Below are positions 28,531-38,242 of a stretch of DNA of 64,000 nt, piece by piece (position 1 is the first letter of the stretch; the number at the start of each line of letters is the position of its first letter). The stretch is taken from positions 3,488,001 to 3,552,000 of the forward strand of contig CAXXJJ010000004.1 of the NCBI GenBank assembly GCA_963667015.2, read 5' to 3'. The position numbers were made by a program, and so were the translations under genes. Source of the DNA: Desulfatiglandales bacterium (GTDB lineage Bacteria > Desulfobacterota > DSM-4660 > Desulfatiglandales > HGW-15). The notes beneath the pieces were generated by a model. That model was given only the letters and a program-made list of their open reading frames with translations, was not told the origin of the DNA and ran no database searches.

Positions 28531-29695
28531 TGAATATGACCTTTCTCATAAGCTCTGTACTGATATGAAGATATCTGTGGGTTGACTGTATGTTCTGGTG
28601 CCCCATCATTTCTTTTACCTCATAAATGGATCGGCCCATATGGAGAAGATTCTGTGCATAAGTGTGCCTGAGCCAGTAAGCAGATGAGGGGAGTCCGGCC
28701 TGTTTCATGGCCCTTGCTATAGATCCGACAACGTTATTGGCTTTCATAGGATGAAAGGGAAAGTGATGATTAAGAAACAGATATTTTGATGAGCCCTTCG
28801 GTCTTCCTTTAGAGATATAAAGAGCAATAGCCTTAATGGTGTTTTCAGGTACAGGCAGGGTGATGACATCCCCTCCTTTTCTTTCCTGGAGGGTGAGTTT
28901 TCTCTGCTGGAAAAAGATATCATCTAACGTAATCTTACTGATCTCCGCAGGCCTGAGACCCAGAGAGTAAGCCAGGTGTATCAGGGCATAGGTTCTCATT
29001 TGTGTGGGTGTGGAAAGCTCCAGGGAGGCAAAGAGTTCTTTTACCTGCTTTGGACGTAAAAACCTTGGCAGCCTTTTCTGGGCAAATTGAGGAGGGCCGA
29101 CAAGAAACGGGGCTAAATCCCTTATGATAATCTTCTTTTCATGATAGAGGTGCTTTAAAAAACCTCTGAGGCAATAACGATAGAGCCTGCGGCTATAGTC
29201 CGACACCTTGAATGTTGCCATGAAGGCATCGCAATGTTCGATTTTAAGCTTTGAAAGGGAGATGTCATTTTTTTCCAGATACTCATGGAATGAGCTCAGA
29301 ACCCTCCTGATCCGTTTGATGTGTGTAGGAGAACTGTCAAGAGATTGAGAGTGATGAAGGAGGTATTCTTCATAAATATCCGGTAAAGGTGGCGCAGCAT
29401 TTTTTTGATTCAGGGTATGATCGATAACTCCCCGGCTGAAAAGATAGTCTGATAACGACCTAAGTGCAGAATAGGCATTCTTATAACCGCTATATATTTG
29501 AAAGGCTTCTGCAGTACCATTAGTAAATATGTTTTCCCATATTATATCTTTATGGATTACATAGAAGAGAAAGTCGATCAGGATATGCTTGTAACGCTTA
29601 TGGGATCTGCTCCCCTTTTCCTTCTCAATTGATTTGACCCAATGCATATAATCCCGGATCGAGTCCATTAATCTCCGGCTGTCTTCAAGGATCAC
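28517..29695 (-). CDS. Tyrosine recombinase (RIT gene A)
   Basis: GLRPAEI, RKGG, YWLRHTYA, MGH...THRY. Confidence 0.9.
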   Translation of the reverse strand: MILEDSRRLMDSIRDYMHWVKSIEKEKGSRSHKRYKHILIDFLFYVIHKDIIWENIFTNGTAEAFQIYSGYKNAYSALRSLSDYLFSRGVIDHTLNQKNAAPPLPDIYEEYLLHHSQSLDSSPTHIKRIRRVLSSFHEYLEKNDISLSKLKIEHCDAFMATFKVSDYSRRLYRYCLRGFLKHLYHEKKIIIRDLAPFLVGPPQFAQKRLPRFLRPKQVKELFASLELSTPTQMRTYALIHLAYSLGLRPAEISKITLDDIFFQQRKLTLQERKGGDVITLPVPENTIKAIALYISKGRPKGSSKYLFLNHHFPFHPMKANNVVGSIARAMKQAGLPSSAYWLRHTYAQNLLHMGRSIYEVKEMMGHQNIQSTHRYLHISTELMRKVIFNEEL

Positions 29696-30086
29696 TTTGA
29701 ACCTCCAAAAGTGATTCCTGTATCAGCCCGCTGATCCCGGGATTACTCTGGCTTTTATGTGAAGTTTTTTCCCATAATGGTTTCGGAGGCAGGGAAAGTA
29801 CCTGATAAAGTATTCCGTCAAAGGCAATTAAATCTTTCTTTAAGAGCCCATCCCGGGCTTCAATATACTCATCCATAGAAAGCCGGAGCAAAGAACAAAT
29901 GGCATCATAGGAGTAGAAAGATAACCCATATCTATCTGCAGCAAGTATGAGGAAGGAGTATAACAGGATCTCTACCTGTTCCAGGGATGCAAGAAACTCA
30001 TCAGTCAGAAGTCGGTGAGGTAAAAAACCGAAACCTCCTTCAATATGTCTGATCCGATTCGGATTGAGAATCTTTTTCTTTATCAT
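29685..30086 (-). CDS. Small winged-helix-like protein of mobile elements
   Basis: RIRHIEGGFGFLPH...LYSFLILAADRYGLSFYS; RBS AGGAG; overlaps recombinase A. Confidence 0.7.
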   Translation of the reverse strand: MIKKKILNPNRIRHIEGGFGFLPHRLLTDEFLASLEQVEILLYSFLILAADRYGLSFYSYDAICSLLRLSMDEYIEARDGLLKKDLIAFDGILYQVLSLPPKPLWEKTSHKSQSNPGISGLIQESLLEVQSDP

Positions 30087-30158
30087 GGTCAACTCCTGAG
30101 TTTTACAGGTAAATATATCTGCAAATCCCGGAAAGAGTCGATCACATCTTGAAAGCAT

Positions 30159-30569
30159 CTAAGGGGGAAGTCGTTCTATTTTCCTTGTTATAACAACCGG
30201 TTGACGTCTTAACACCTCTTGAAATCGTCTGAAGAGTAGTTGTCCGAAATACTCAACGATTATAAGATGTTGAATGCTTATCACCTCTTGAACTAACAAA
30301 TGGGGTAGTCCGGATTTTAACCGGGTCTTTGACTGGAGTGAGGAAGGGGTTCCGGACTGGCAGGCTGCATTGAGTTTCTTTTGAAGGTAATTGGCTCGAA
30401 AATAGTCGGAGTTCTTTCTGTTCCACTCTCTGCACTTCCTTCTATGCCATTCCTTCTTACATCCAGGGTCACCACAGGTCATTTGGCGGTCTTTCACTCT
30501 TGAGTTAGGCATAAACCAGCGCCTACAGATCCTGCAAGGCCGCTTCTTTAAAACATTCTCCTCATGCAT
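30159..30569 (-). CDS. Small Cys-rich (putative zinc-finger) protein
   Basis: CRICRRWF...QMTCGDPGC; RBS GGGAGG. Confidence 0.7.
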   Translation of the reverse strand: MHEENVLKKRPCRICRRWFMPNSRVKDRQMTCGDPGCKKEWHRRKCREWNRKNSDYFRANYLQKKLNAACQSGTPSSLQSKTRLKSGLPHLLVQEVISIQHLIIVEYFGQLLFRRFQEVLRRQPVVITRKIERLPP

Positions 30570-30889
30570 CGTTCCCTCCCTTGTTATCAAGGTGAAAAAA
30601 CGACTTTAGATTAAAATGGACTGGTATGCATAGAGGGACGCTTTGTATTGGAAAGCTAAATGATGAGAAATTAGATGAATAAAATGGATACTTAATCTTT
30701 CTTTTGGAATTAAATGATGAATTATATGGAGGGAATTAAAACACACAACATAACCAATCTCACAACATAGCTTGCCATGACCACAATTCTATCATTTGTT
30801 GTGATATATTTTGAATATCTAAACTCATATGTACACGCCTAAAGACTGGGAAGCGAAAAGTTTGGAAAGATGGAAAAGCCTGATGCAGG

Positions 30890-31170
30890 AATGTTTTCGC
30901 AAAGGGCATAGCGCAGAGAGCACATAGAGGAAAGCTATAGGTAAGATGTCAGAAAAGAAGGCTAAAGTGGTTTAAGGCTGTAGGCTGTTAGAAAAAAAGC
31001 TTCTTTTCTTTGTGTCTTGGCGGCTTTGTGTGAGTTATATTTTTTTAGTTTTTGGTTTTTCAAACAATATAATTATCTTTCGTGCTTTTTGTGTTTTTCG
31101 TGGTAAAAAATGTTTTAAGTTTTTAACAATAAAAAAGCCTTTGTCTTTCCTCTGCGAGCTCTGTGAGAGA
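30890..31170. repeat. Cluster of degenerate short tandem repeats
   Basis: e.g. AGGCTGTAGGCTGTTAG, TTTCGTGCTTTTTGTGTTTTTCGTGG, CTCTGCGAGCTCTGTGAG. Confidence 0.5.
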
Positions 31171-31186
31171 TATATTTTTGCTTTCC

Positions 31187-32386
31187 CTAACAGCCGTCCT
31201 CCATTTTATCTATAAGCTTAAGCAGGAATGCCAGGGGGAAACCGGCAATTATCAGTATCCCTGCCATGGTAATACCTGCACCGATTGAATATGTTTCACC
31301 CATGTAACCCAGGGCCGTAGGGAGCAGTCCTCCGCCAATGACCAGGGCCGTGGGTGTTACCCAGGATGTAGCCAGGCTCCTGTAGTCAGGCTGCACAATC
31401 CTGGAAAGGGCGGCAAAGCCCGGGGGAAAATAACAGGCGATCAGCGCGGGCTGGAGAAAGACCATCACCTTGAGCCATGGGCCTGAGAATATCCCCAAAA
31501 GGGCTGTTACAATTCCTGAGACAAGGAGAAATGCCCCTATGGCCTTTTTTTCTCCGATTTTGTCGGTTATCCATCCTGCAAAAAATGTCATAAACAGCGC
31601 TGATATCTGGGAGGTCCCGACCAGTGTATTTGCGGCTTCCGGGTCCATCCCCCTTTCAGTAACCAGATAAAGCGGCATCATGGCGTAAACACCTATCTGT
31701 CCGCCCATCCCCAGGGCAAAGAGCACAATTAATATCCAGAAAGATCTCTGGGCTAAAATAAAGCGCGCGAGTGAAACCCTGGGTGCATCCCCGGGAAAAT
31801 CACCGACCTTTGCTATTATCAGAAGTGTAAGTGCAATCAAAAAAACAAAACCGGCAATACCGCCCATAAGAAAACGCCATGAGAACCAGTGTAAAACAAA
31901 TACTGTGAGCAAAGGGCCTAGAATAAGACTTGATGGAGGAGCAAGCTGTTGGACCGCGAGGGCCTTGCCCCAGTCCGGGCGGCTTACGATTGCGGTGATA
32001 ATTGCAGTAATAGACGGCAGATTAAAACCCGCGGCAATACCTATTACCAGCATGGCAAGGCGTATTGTTGTCAGGGATGTAAAGGATACACAAACGAAAA
32101 GGGCTATTGATACACAGAAAATGGAGAGCGTAAGGGTCCCCTTATGATTTATCCTGGATGATACAAAGCCCGACGATACGGCACCTATAAAAAATCCCAA
32201 TGAACTTATCAGGAAGATGGACCCTGCCTGGCCGGTAGAGATATTCAATTCACTGCTTATTGTAGGAAGCAGCGGGGAGAATATAAACCGGCTTATGAAG
32301 GTAAGAAAAAAAACCAGGGTAAGATACAGGATACTCCAGAACATGGATCGAAAAGTTTCAGGTATAGGACAGGATTTGTCGGACAT
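31187..32386 (-). CDS. MFS transporter
   Basis: About 12 hydrophobic segments; GWITDKIGEK motif. Confidence 0.88.
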   Translation of the reverse strand: MSDKSCPIPETFRSMFWSILYLTLVFFLTFISRFIFSPLLPTISSELNISTGQAGSIFLISSLGFFIGAVSSGFVSSRINHKGTLTLSIFCVSIALFVCVSFTSLTTIRLAMLVIGIAAGFNLPSITAIITAIVSRPDWGKALAVQQLAPPSSLILGPLLTVFVLHWFSWRFLMGGIAGFVFLIALTLLIIAKVGDFPGDAPRVSLARFILAQRSFWILIVLFALGMGGQIGVYAMMPLYLVTERGMDPEAANTLVGTSQISALFMTFFAGWITDKIGEKKAIGAFLLVSGIVTALLGIFSGPWLKVMVFLQPALIACYFPPGFAALSRIVQPDYRSLATSWVTPTALVIGGGLLPTALGYMGETYSIGAGITMAGILIIAGFPLAFLLKLIDKMEDGC

Positions 32387-32693
32387 AAAGCCTCCCTTAT
32401 TTCATTAATTCTTTTCTTTTAAATTCATTACATTTTATGTGGTAGTTTGGATATATTCCGTTGACCTATACTTTTCAAAATTATATCCGAACAACTCTTT
32501 ACATCTGTTTTAATTTTTAAGAATGCCATATTTTTCAGGTTTTATAAAGTAATACCGGTATCCTTAAAAATTAAAACAGGATACAGGTTTCATCTAGGAA
32601 CTTCAGTTTATGGCCCCATACCCAAAAATATCCATCTCAAATAACAAAAAGCCAGACAGGATAAGGTTGTATTTATACAAATAGTTTTTTAAT

Positions 32694-33680
32694 ATGTCGA
32701 TTATGCTTGAGATAGGAAATATAAAACTGGAAAACAGATTCATTCTCGCGCCAATGGCCGGGATTACAAACCTGCCCTTTCGTCTTTTGATAAAAAGTCT
32801 TGGCGCGGGTCTTGTTTACAGCGAAATGGTCAGTTCCATGGGGCTTCATCTAAACCAGAAGAAAACCATGGAATATATTATGAGCGCACCAGCCGAAAAA
32901 CCTGTTGCTGTTCAGATATTCGGTTCTGATCCGTCTGTCATGGCCATGGCAGCACAAAAGGTTGTAGACAACGGCGCGGATATTGTGGACATCAATATGG
33001 GCTGTCCTGTCAAAAAGGTTACAAAAACAGGTGCAGGAGCAGCCCTGCTCAAAAATCTGGACAGGGCTCAAAAGATAATATCCGCCGTGAGGATAGCATG
33101 CCGGGTGCCGCTCACTGTAAAGATCAGGACCGGCTGGTCGAGTGACGAAATAATAGCCTGCGATGCTGCCAGGCTGATAGAGGATTGCGGGGCCGATGCG
33201 GTGATTCTTCATGCCCGTACTGCTGCACAGGGATATTCAGGGTACGCCGACTGGGATATGATCGCAAGGGTCAGGGAAAGCGTTAAAATTCCTGTTATCG
33301 GGAACGGAGATGTAAATGAGGCCGGGGATATATTCAGAATGATGAAACAGACAGGATGTGACGGGGTAATGATCGGACGGGCCTCTTCACGAAATCCATG
33401 GATATTCAGGCAGGCCATTGAATATGAAAAGGGAAACGCCCTGTATGTCCCTGATGTATCGGAGAGAAGAAGGCTGATCATGGAGCACTATAACCATTTG
33501 ACCAGTGCTGTAGGTGACCGGAGGGCCATGCTCTGCATGAGGGGGCTTCTTTTGAGATATACAAAGGGCCTTCCGGGAAGCAGCAGGTTCAGGGAATTGT
33601 TCACTAAAATAAAGGATTTTAAGTCACTTATATCCGCCATGGACGGATATTTTCAGACACTGGAGGAAAAAGGCTATTGA
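32694..33680 (+). CDS. dusB: tRNA-dihydrouridine synthase
   Basis: LAPMAGIT, DINMGCP, HART, GNGDV, GVMIGR. Confidence 0.92.
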   Translation: MSIMLEIGNIKLENRFILAPMAGITNLPFRLLIKSLGAGLVYSEMVSSMGLHLNQKKTMEYIMSAPAEKPVAVQIFGSDPSVMAMAAQKVVDNGADIVDINMGCPVKKVTKTGAGAALLKNLDRAQKIISAVRIACRVPLTVKIRTGWSSDEIIACDAARLIEDCGADAVILHARTAAQGYSGYADWDMIARVRESVKIPVIGNGDVNEAGDIFRMMKQTGCDGVMIGRASSRNPWIFRQAIEYEKGNALYVPDVSERRRLIMEHYNHLTSAVGDRRAMLCMRGLLLRYTKGLPGSSRFRELFTKIKDFKSLISAMDGYFQTLEEKGY

Positions 33681-35410
33681 AGGTTAAGCTTGCAAGATCG
33701 GCCGGCTTCTGCATGGGTGTGCGCCGTGCCATGGAAATGGTTCTGGCAGAGGCAAACAGGAACGAAGGTGTACTTTACACCTATGGCCCGCTTATACACA
33801 ACACCCAGGTCATAGACCTGTTAAAATCGAAAAATGTAGAGTCAATCAGCGACATTTCCGGCCTTAAAAACGGGACCGTCCTTATAAGGGCCCATGGAAT
33901 ACCTCCCGAAGAAAGGAACATGCTTAAGGCCTCTAGCATGAAGATTATCGACGCCACATGTCCCAGGGTTGCAAAGGTTCAGGCAATAATCAGGCGTCAT
34001 GCAAAAAAGGGGTACACCCCTGTAATAGTGGGGGACAAGGATCATGCCGAGGTAATAGGCCTTGTAGGCTATGGTGAAGGAAAGGCCATTGTCATTAACA
34101 GTGCGGACGAGATCTCTCACCTGCCGGAATCGGAAAAAATATGCCTCGTTGCCCAGACAACCCAGAACGAGAAGGTATTTGAGGATATTGCAAATCTGAT
34201 AACCGGGCGCTTTCCCGAAACGCTTGTTTTTAACACCATATGCGAGGCAACAAGCGAACGTCAGTCCGAGGTCAAGGAGATAGCATCACACGTTGACTGC
34301 ATGGTCGTGGTGGGAGGATACCACAGCGGCAACACGAAAAGGCTGGCCCTGGTTTCCGAAGAGGCAGGCACCCGGGCCCTTCATATTGAAACCGAAAAAG
34401 AGATAAAAAAAGAAGACTTTAAAGATATGGAGGTAGTAGGCGTTACGGCCGGGGCATCAACACCCAACTGGATGATAAAAAATGTTATAAAGGAAATTGA
34501 AGGCATCAAGGGCAGGAATGAGACGTTTCTTGAACGATGGATCAAAAAGGTTTTTAAATTCCTTCTCCTGAGCAACCTGCTGGTTTCCCTGGGCGCATTA
34601 TCCCTTTCATATACAGCATCGATCCTTTCAGACAGGAGCCCGGATATTCACTATCCCCTGCTGACCTTTTTTTACATATATGCGGTTCATGTTATCTACA
34701 GGTTCCTGGACAAGGGCGCCAGCACATATAATGATCCTGAAAGGGCCGGGTTTTACAGGCGCTACAGGGTTTTTCTCGGATTTTCCAGTATGCTTTCCAT
34801 ATTCTGCGCCCTCAGCCTTTCCTATAACATGGGCATAAATGTGTTTATAATAATGTCAGGGCTTATTCTTCTGGGTGTTTTTTACAGTATTCCCATTGTC
34901 CCGTCAGGTGTAAGACATCTGTGGCGTTATGCAAAGATCAAAGATATCCCGGGGTCCAAGACCCTGCTTGAGGCGTTTGCCTGGGCAGTGGTGATAACAC
35001 TTGTTCCTCTTCTCACAGCAGAGGCAATCAAATGGCCGGCAGTAATTGTGACATTCTTTGTAGTCCTTTCCCTGGCATTTGTTCGTACGGCATTTTTTGA
35101 TGTATTCCAGGTACAGGGAGACCTTATTGTGGGTGTTGAAACCCTGCCAATAACCCTTGGCGAAAAACGAACCATGTCTCTCCTTAAATGGATAATAATT
35201 TTTGCAGGCGCTGTGCTGGTCTTTGCAGCGGTCTCAGGGGTTGTCAGCACCTTCGCCTTACTCCTGTTAGCAGTATTTTTTACACTCTCCATGTGCCTTA
35301 TCGCCTATGAAAAAAGGAGGATATACCCGGGGACCTTTCTTGAGGCGCTGGTTGAGGGTAATCTGTTTTTTGCAGGGTTTTTAGGTATTATCTGGCAGAC
35401 TCTTTCATGA
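33677..35410 (+). CDS. ispH: 4-hydroxy-3-methylbut-2-enyl diphosphate reductase fused to a UbiA-like membrane domain
   Basis: AGFCMGV, DATCP, TICEAT, SGNT, TAGASTP; hydrophobic C-terminal half with FFDVFQVQGD..VG.ETLP. Confidence 0.9.
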   Translation: MKVKLARSAGFCMGVRRAMEMVLAEANRNEGVLYTYGPLIHNTQVIDLLKSKNVESISDISGLKNGTVLIRAHGIPPEERNMLKASSMKIIDATCPRVAKVQAIIRRHAKKGYTPVIVGDKDHAEVIGLVGYGEGKAIVINSADEISHLPESEKICLVAQTTQNEKVFEDIANLITGRFPETLVFNTICEATSERQSEVKEIASHVDCMVVVGGYHSGNTKRLALVSEEAGTRALHIETEKEIKKEDFKDMEVVGVTAGASTPNWMIKNVIKEIEGIKGRNETFLERWIKKVFKFLLLSNLLVSLGALSLSYTASILSDRSPDIHYPLLTFFYIYAVHVIYRFLDKGASTYNDPERAGFYRRYRVFLGFSSMLSIFCALSLSYNMGINVFIIMSGLILLGVFYSIPIVPSGVRHLWRYAKIKDIPGSKTLLEAFAWAVVITLVPLLTAEAIKWPAVIVTFFVVLSLAFVRTAFFDVFQVQGDLIVGVETLPITLGEKRTMSLLKWIIIFAGAVLVFAAVSGVVSTFALLLLAVFFTLSMCLIAYEKRRIYPGTFLEALVEGNLFFAGFLGIIWQTLS

Positions 35411-36261
35411 TCGAAGTAAGCGTAATTATCCCGACATATAACCGGGCAGAAAAGGTCTGCCGTGCCGTCAAATCAGTCCTTGACCAGACCTTTACGGATT
35501 TTGAGATAATAGTAATCGATGACGCATCCACTGACGACACAATAGACCGGTTAAAAAAATTCGGCGACAGGGTAAAGATAATAAGACCTTCTGAAAACAA
35601 AGGAGTGTCAGCCGCCAGGAATTCGGGCATACGGGCGGCAGATGGAAGATATATTGCGCTGCTTGATTCCGATGATTACTGGATGCCTGAAAAACTCCAG
35701 GTTCAATTAGACTTCTTTAATGAAAACCCTGAGGCGGTTATCTGTCAGGCACGGGAAATATGGATAAGAAAGGGCAAGCGTGTCAATCCTGCAAAAAAAC
35801 ACCTGAAACCCTCGGGTGATATATTCATCCCATCCCTTAAGCTCTGCCTCGTAAGCCCCTCAGCCGTTATGTTCAAAAAATCACTGCTGGATGAGGTCGG
35901 CCTGTTTGATGAAGAGTTTCCTGTATGTGAAGATTATGACCTGTGGCTGAGGATAGCATATAGATATCCGGTCTATCTCATTGAGCAGGATCTTCTTGTC
36001 AAGGAAGGCGGCGCGCCTGACCAGCTTTCTTCAAGCATGCCGGGCATGGACAGATACAGGATAATGGCAATGGCCAAAATCTATAAAAGGGGCGTGCTGA
36101 ATGATTCTCAGAGGCATGCCCTTATAAATGAGCTTGGAGAAAAATGCAGGGTTTATGGAGAAGGGTGCATAAAAAGGGGAAAAAATGAGGAGGGGGAATA
36201 TTATCTGAGTCTTGTAAAAAAACTGATAAACCACGAATCACACCAACTACACGAAAGTTAA
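35407..36261 (+). CDS. Glycosyltransferase family 2
   Basis: VIIPTYNR, IDDASTD, LDSDD, EDYDLWLR. Confidence 0.92.
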   Translation: MIEVSVIIPTYNRAEKVCRAVKSVLDQTFTDFEIIVIDDASTDDTIDRLKKFGDRVKIIRPSENKGVSAARNSGIRAADGRYIALLDSDDYWMPEKLQVQLDFFNENPEAVICQAREIWIRKGKRVNPAKKHLKPSGDIFIPSLKLCLVSPSAVMFKKSLLDEVGLFDEEFPVCEDYDLWLRIAYRYPVYLIEQDLLVKEGGAPDQLSSSMPGMDRYRIMAMAKIYKRGVLNDSQRHALINELGEKCRVYGEGCIKRGKNEEGEYYLSLVKKLINHESHQLHES

Positions 36262-36269
36262 AAAAAATC

Positions 36270-36509
36270 TTATTCCCTTAAAAATACCTCTTCCAGTCCC
36301 CATGTATCTTTTAAAATATCATGCACAAGCAAATAGCCTTTGCTGTCATGGGCCAGCACCTTGTAATAATCAGCATCAGGAGTTCTCCACTGCTCGATAA
36401 TTTTATCAACCATAAGCTTTTTATCTCCGGCAATAAAACTTACCGGCCTCTCATCAGCCCTGTAGCCTGAATAACATTCAACTTTGATATCGGATATTCT
36501 CTGGTTCAA
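36270..36509 (-). CDS. Small hypothetical protein
   Basis: TTG start with RBS AAGGAG; last gene of the MCE operon run. Confidence 0.6.
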   Translation of the reverse strand: MNQRISDIKVECYSGYRADERPVSFIAGDKKLMVDKIIEQWRTPDADYYKVLAHDSKGYLLVHDILKDTWGLEEVFLRE

Positions 36510-36530
36510 TTAATTCTTTCTCCTTAATGA

Positions 36531-37172
36531 TCAGCCCTGCATTCCCTGCCTGATGAATGTATGCAAATCTCCTGTAATCTGGCGGGATATCTTTTCCATT
36601 GCCCTGCTCAATGCCTGGGCAAGGGAAGCCGGGTTTTTCTTTTCACATTTTTCGGATACGCTGTATGATCTCTGAAATACATCCATCCCTGCCTTCTTCG
36701 CCTTTCCCTCGGGTATCAGGCTTATACTCAGGGACAGGACGCCGCTCCAATCCTTATCTCCGTCAAGCTCATAAAACTCGTCAACCATTCCTCCCAGACG
36801 GAAGGTATACTCCCTGCTTCGTTCCCCCGGGAGCATGACCCCTTTAAATAAACCTGAGTTTTTGAGATCACGTCCGAACATATATGTGACAATATCTGCA
36901 GGGTTTACAGCCCACCTGTGATAGGTGTAGGAGTCTCTTTTATAAGCACTTTCCTGGTAAATGATATGGGTTGTATTGTAGACAGGAGACACCTTGAAGG
37001 GTTCAACCTTTATAAAATAAGGCAGCCGCTCCTTCCCTGGAAAGTCGGGGGAGTTATATTCAAGTGAATAATATTCTATTTCCGGATTTGGCTGCTTCAG
37101 ATTCATGCATGATGCAAAAGTCAAAAAAGGAAAGATAAAAAGGATGGCGATAGAATATTTTTTAATGAGCAT
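36531..37172 (-). CDS. ABC-type transport auxiliary lipoprotein (PqiC-like)
   Basis: Lipobox FASC; YYSL, YHRWA motifs; follows the MCE gene. Confidence 0.8.
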   Translation of the reverse strand: MLIKKYSIAILFIFPFLTFASCMNLKQPNPEIEYYSLEYNSPDFPGKERLPYFIKVEPFKVSPVYNTTHIIYQESAYKRDSYTYHRWAVNPADIVTYMFGRDLKNSGLFKGVMLPGERSREYTFRLGGMVDEFYELDGDKDWSGVLSLSISLIPEGKAKKAGMDVFQRSYSVSEKCEKKNPASLAQALSRAMEKISRQITGDLHTFIRQGMQG

Positions 37173-37197
37173 AATTTTACTCCATAAACTATTAGGA

Positions 37198-38199
37198 TTA
37201 TTTCTCGATCTTTTTTGGAGGGCGCGGCTCTCCGAACAGCAGCTGGGAAGGCTGATCTGTAACTATATCGGTTATCCTGTTAATATTTTCCGTTGCCCTC
37301 TCAATATTTTTTGCGATATCATCAAGGTTTTCGCCAAGCTGATAGATCGTATCATCCGCACCGGTAATCATCGAGTTTCCTGTATCCAGCAGGCTGTTAA
37401 CCTTTTCCATTGCATCCCTGAAATCAACAATGGCCTCGCTGATTGTCTTTTCGTTACCGGTGGTAATCTTTTCAAGGCTTGCAAGGGAATTATCAAACTT
37501 GCCCATACTTACGTCGGCCTTTGCAGCCATGCTCTCGAGCAGTTTCATTGCATCTTCCACCGATGTCAGTATCCGGTCCCAGCGCTCCCTTTCAACAATG
37601 GTTCCAATATCTTCAAGGGATGACTCAAGGTTTTTTGAAAGCCCTTTAATATTGGCATCAGCTATCATCTGGTCAAAACTGTCCAGGGCGCTCTTGATTC
37701 TCCCGGATATGCCCTCCAGGTCTATGGCATTTATCTGGTTAAGAAAGTCACCAACTCCGTCAAGTATCTCGCGTATATTTGACGGTTTGGATGAAATAAC
37801 AGGATAGGGCCACTGGAAATCAAAAAAAGGGGTTTTGTCTTCTTCACCCTCTTTCTTCTGGTCAAGCTCAATAAACATGCTTCCTGTAATACCCACAACA
37901 CTCAACTGTGCAACCATATTTGGTTCAATATTGTGACCCTTGTCTATCTTGACAATGACCTGAATAAGTTTTGAATCGGGTGCAACTTCAATCCTGTCCA
38001 CCCGCCCGATTGCAACACCCCTGTATTTTACAGGAGAATCAATATCAAGCCCCTGAACAGATTCATTAAAATAAATCGCATAGTATTGTCCCTTTTCCAG
38101 GAAGCGGGACATGCCCAGCCAGAGGAATGCAACCACAGCTATGGTGGTGCCGAGAAAAACAAAAAGACCTACCGTAAATTTTGTTTTCTGTGAAGCCAT
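37198..38199 (-). CDS. MCE/MlaD family protein
   Basis: VGLFV TM, SVQGLDIDSPVKYRGVAIGRV, helical C-terminus. Confidence 0.88.
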   Translation of the reverse strand: MASQKTKFTVGLFVFLGTTIAVVAFLWLGMSRFLEKGQYYAIYFNESVQGLDIDSPVKYRGVAIGRVDRIEVAPDSKLIQVIVKIDKGHNIEPNMVAQLSVVGITGSMFIELDQKKEGEEDKTPFFDFQWPYPVISSKPSNIREILDGVGDFLNQINAIDLEGISGRIKSALDSFDQMIADANIKGLSKNLESSLEDIGTIVERERWDRILTSVEDAMKLLESMAAKADVSMGKFDNSLASLEKITTGNEKTISEAIVDFRDAMEKVNSLLDTGNSMITGADDTIYQLGENLDDIAKNIERATENINRITDIVTDQPSQLLFGEPRPPKKIEK

Positions 38200-38242
38200 T
38201 ATTATAATCCTTACTTATTATTTTAAGACTTTATGACTTAGA

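Larger units (their letters stand above)
26260..30770 (-). mobile_element. RIT-like (recombinase-in-trio) element with two extra upstream genes
   Basis: Three overlapping tyrosine recombinase genes; inverted motifs ATGTTGTGA (26261) and CACAACATA twice (about 30744, 30761); boundaries approximate. Confidence 0.75.

Noticed and set aside
26540..29695. Recombinases as the integron integrase for the cassettes
   Set aside because: They form an overlapping trio typical of RIT and lie at the 3' end of the array; no IntI-specific insertion was recognised
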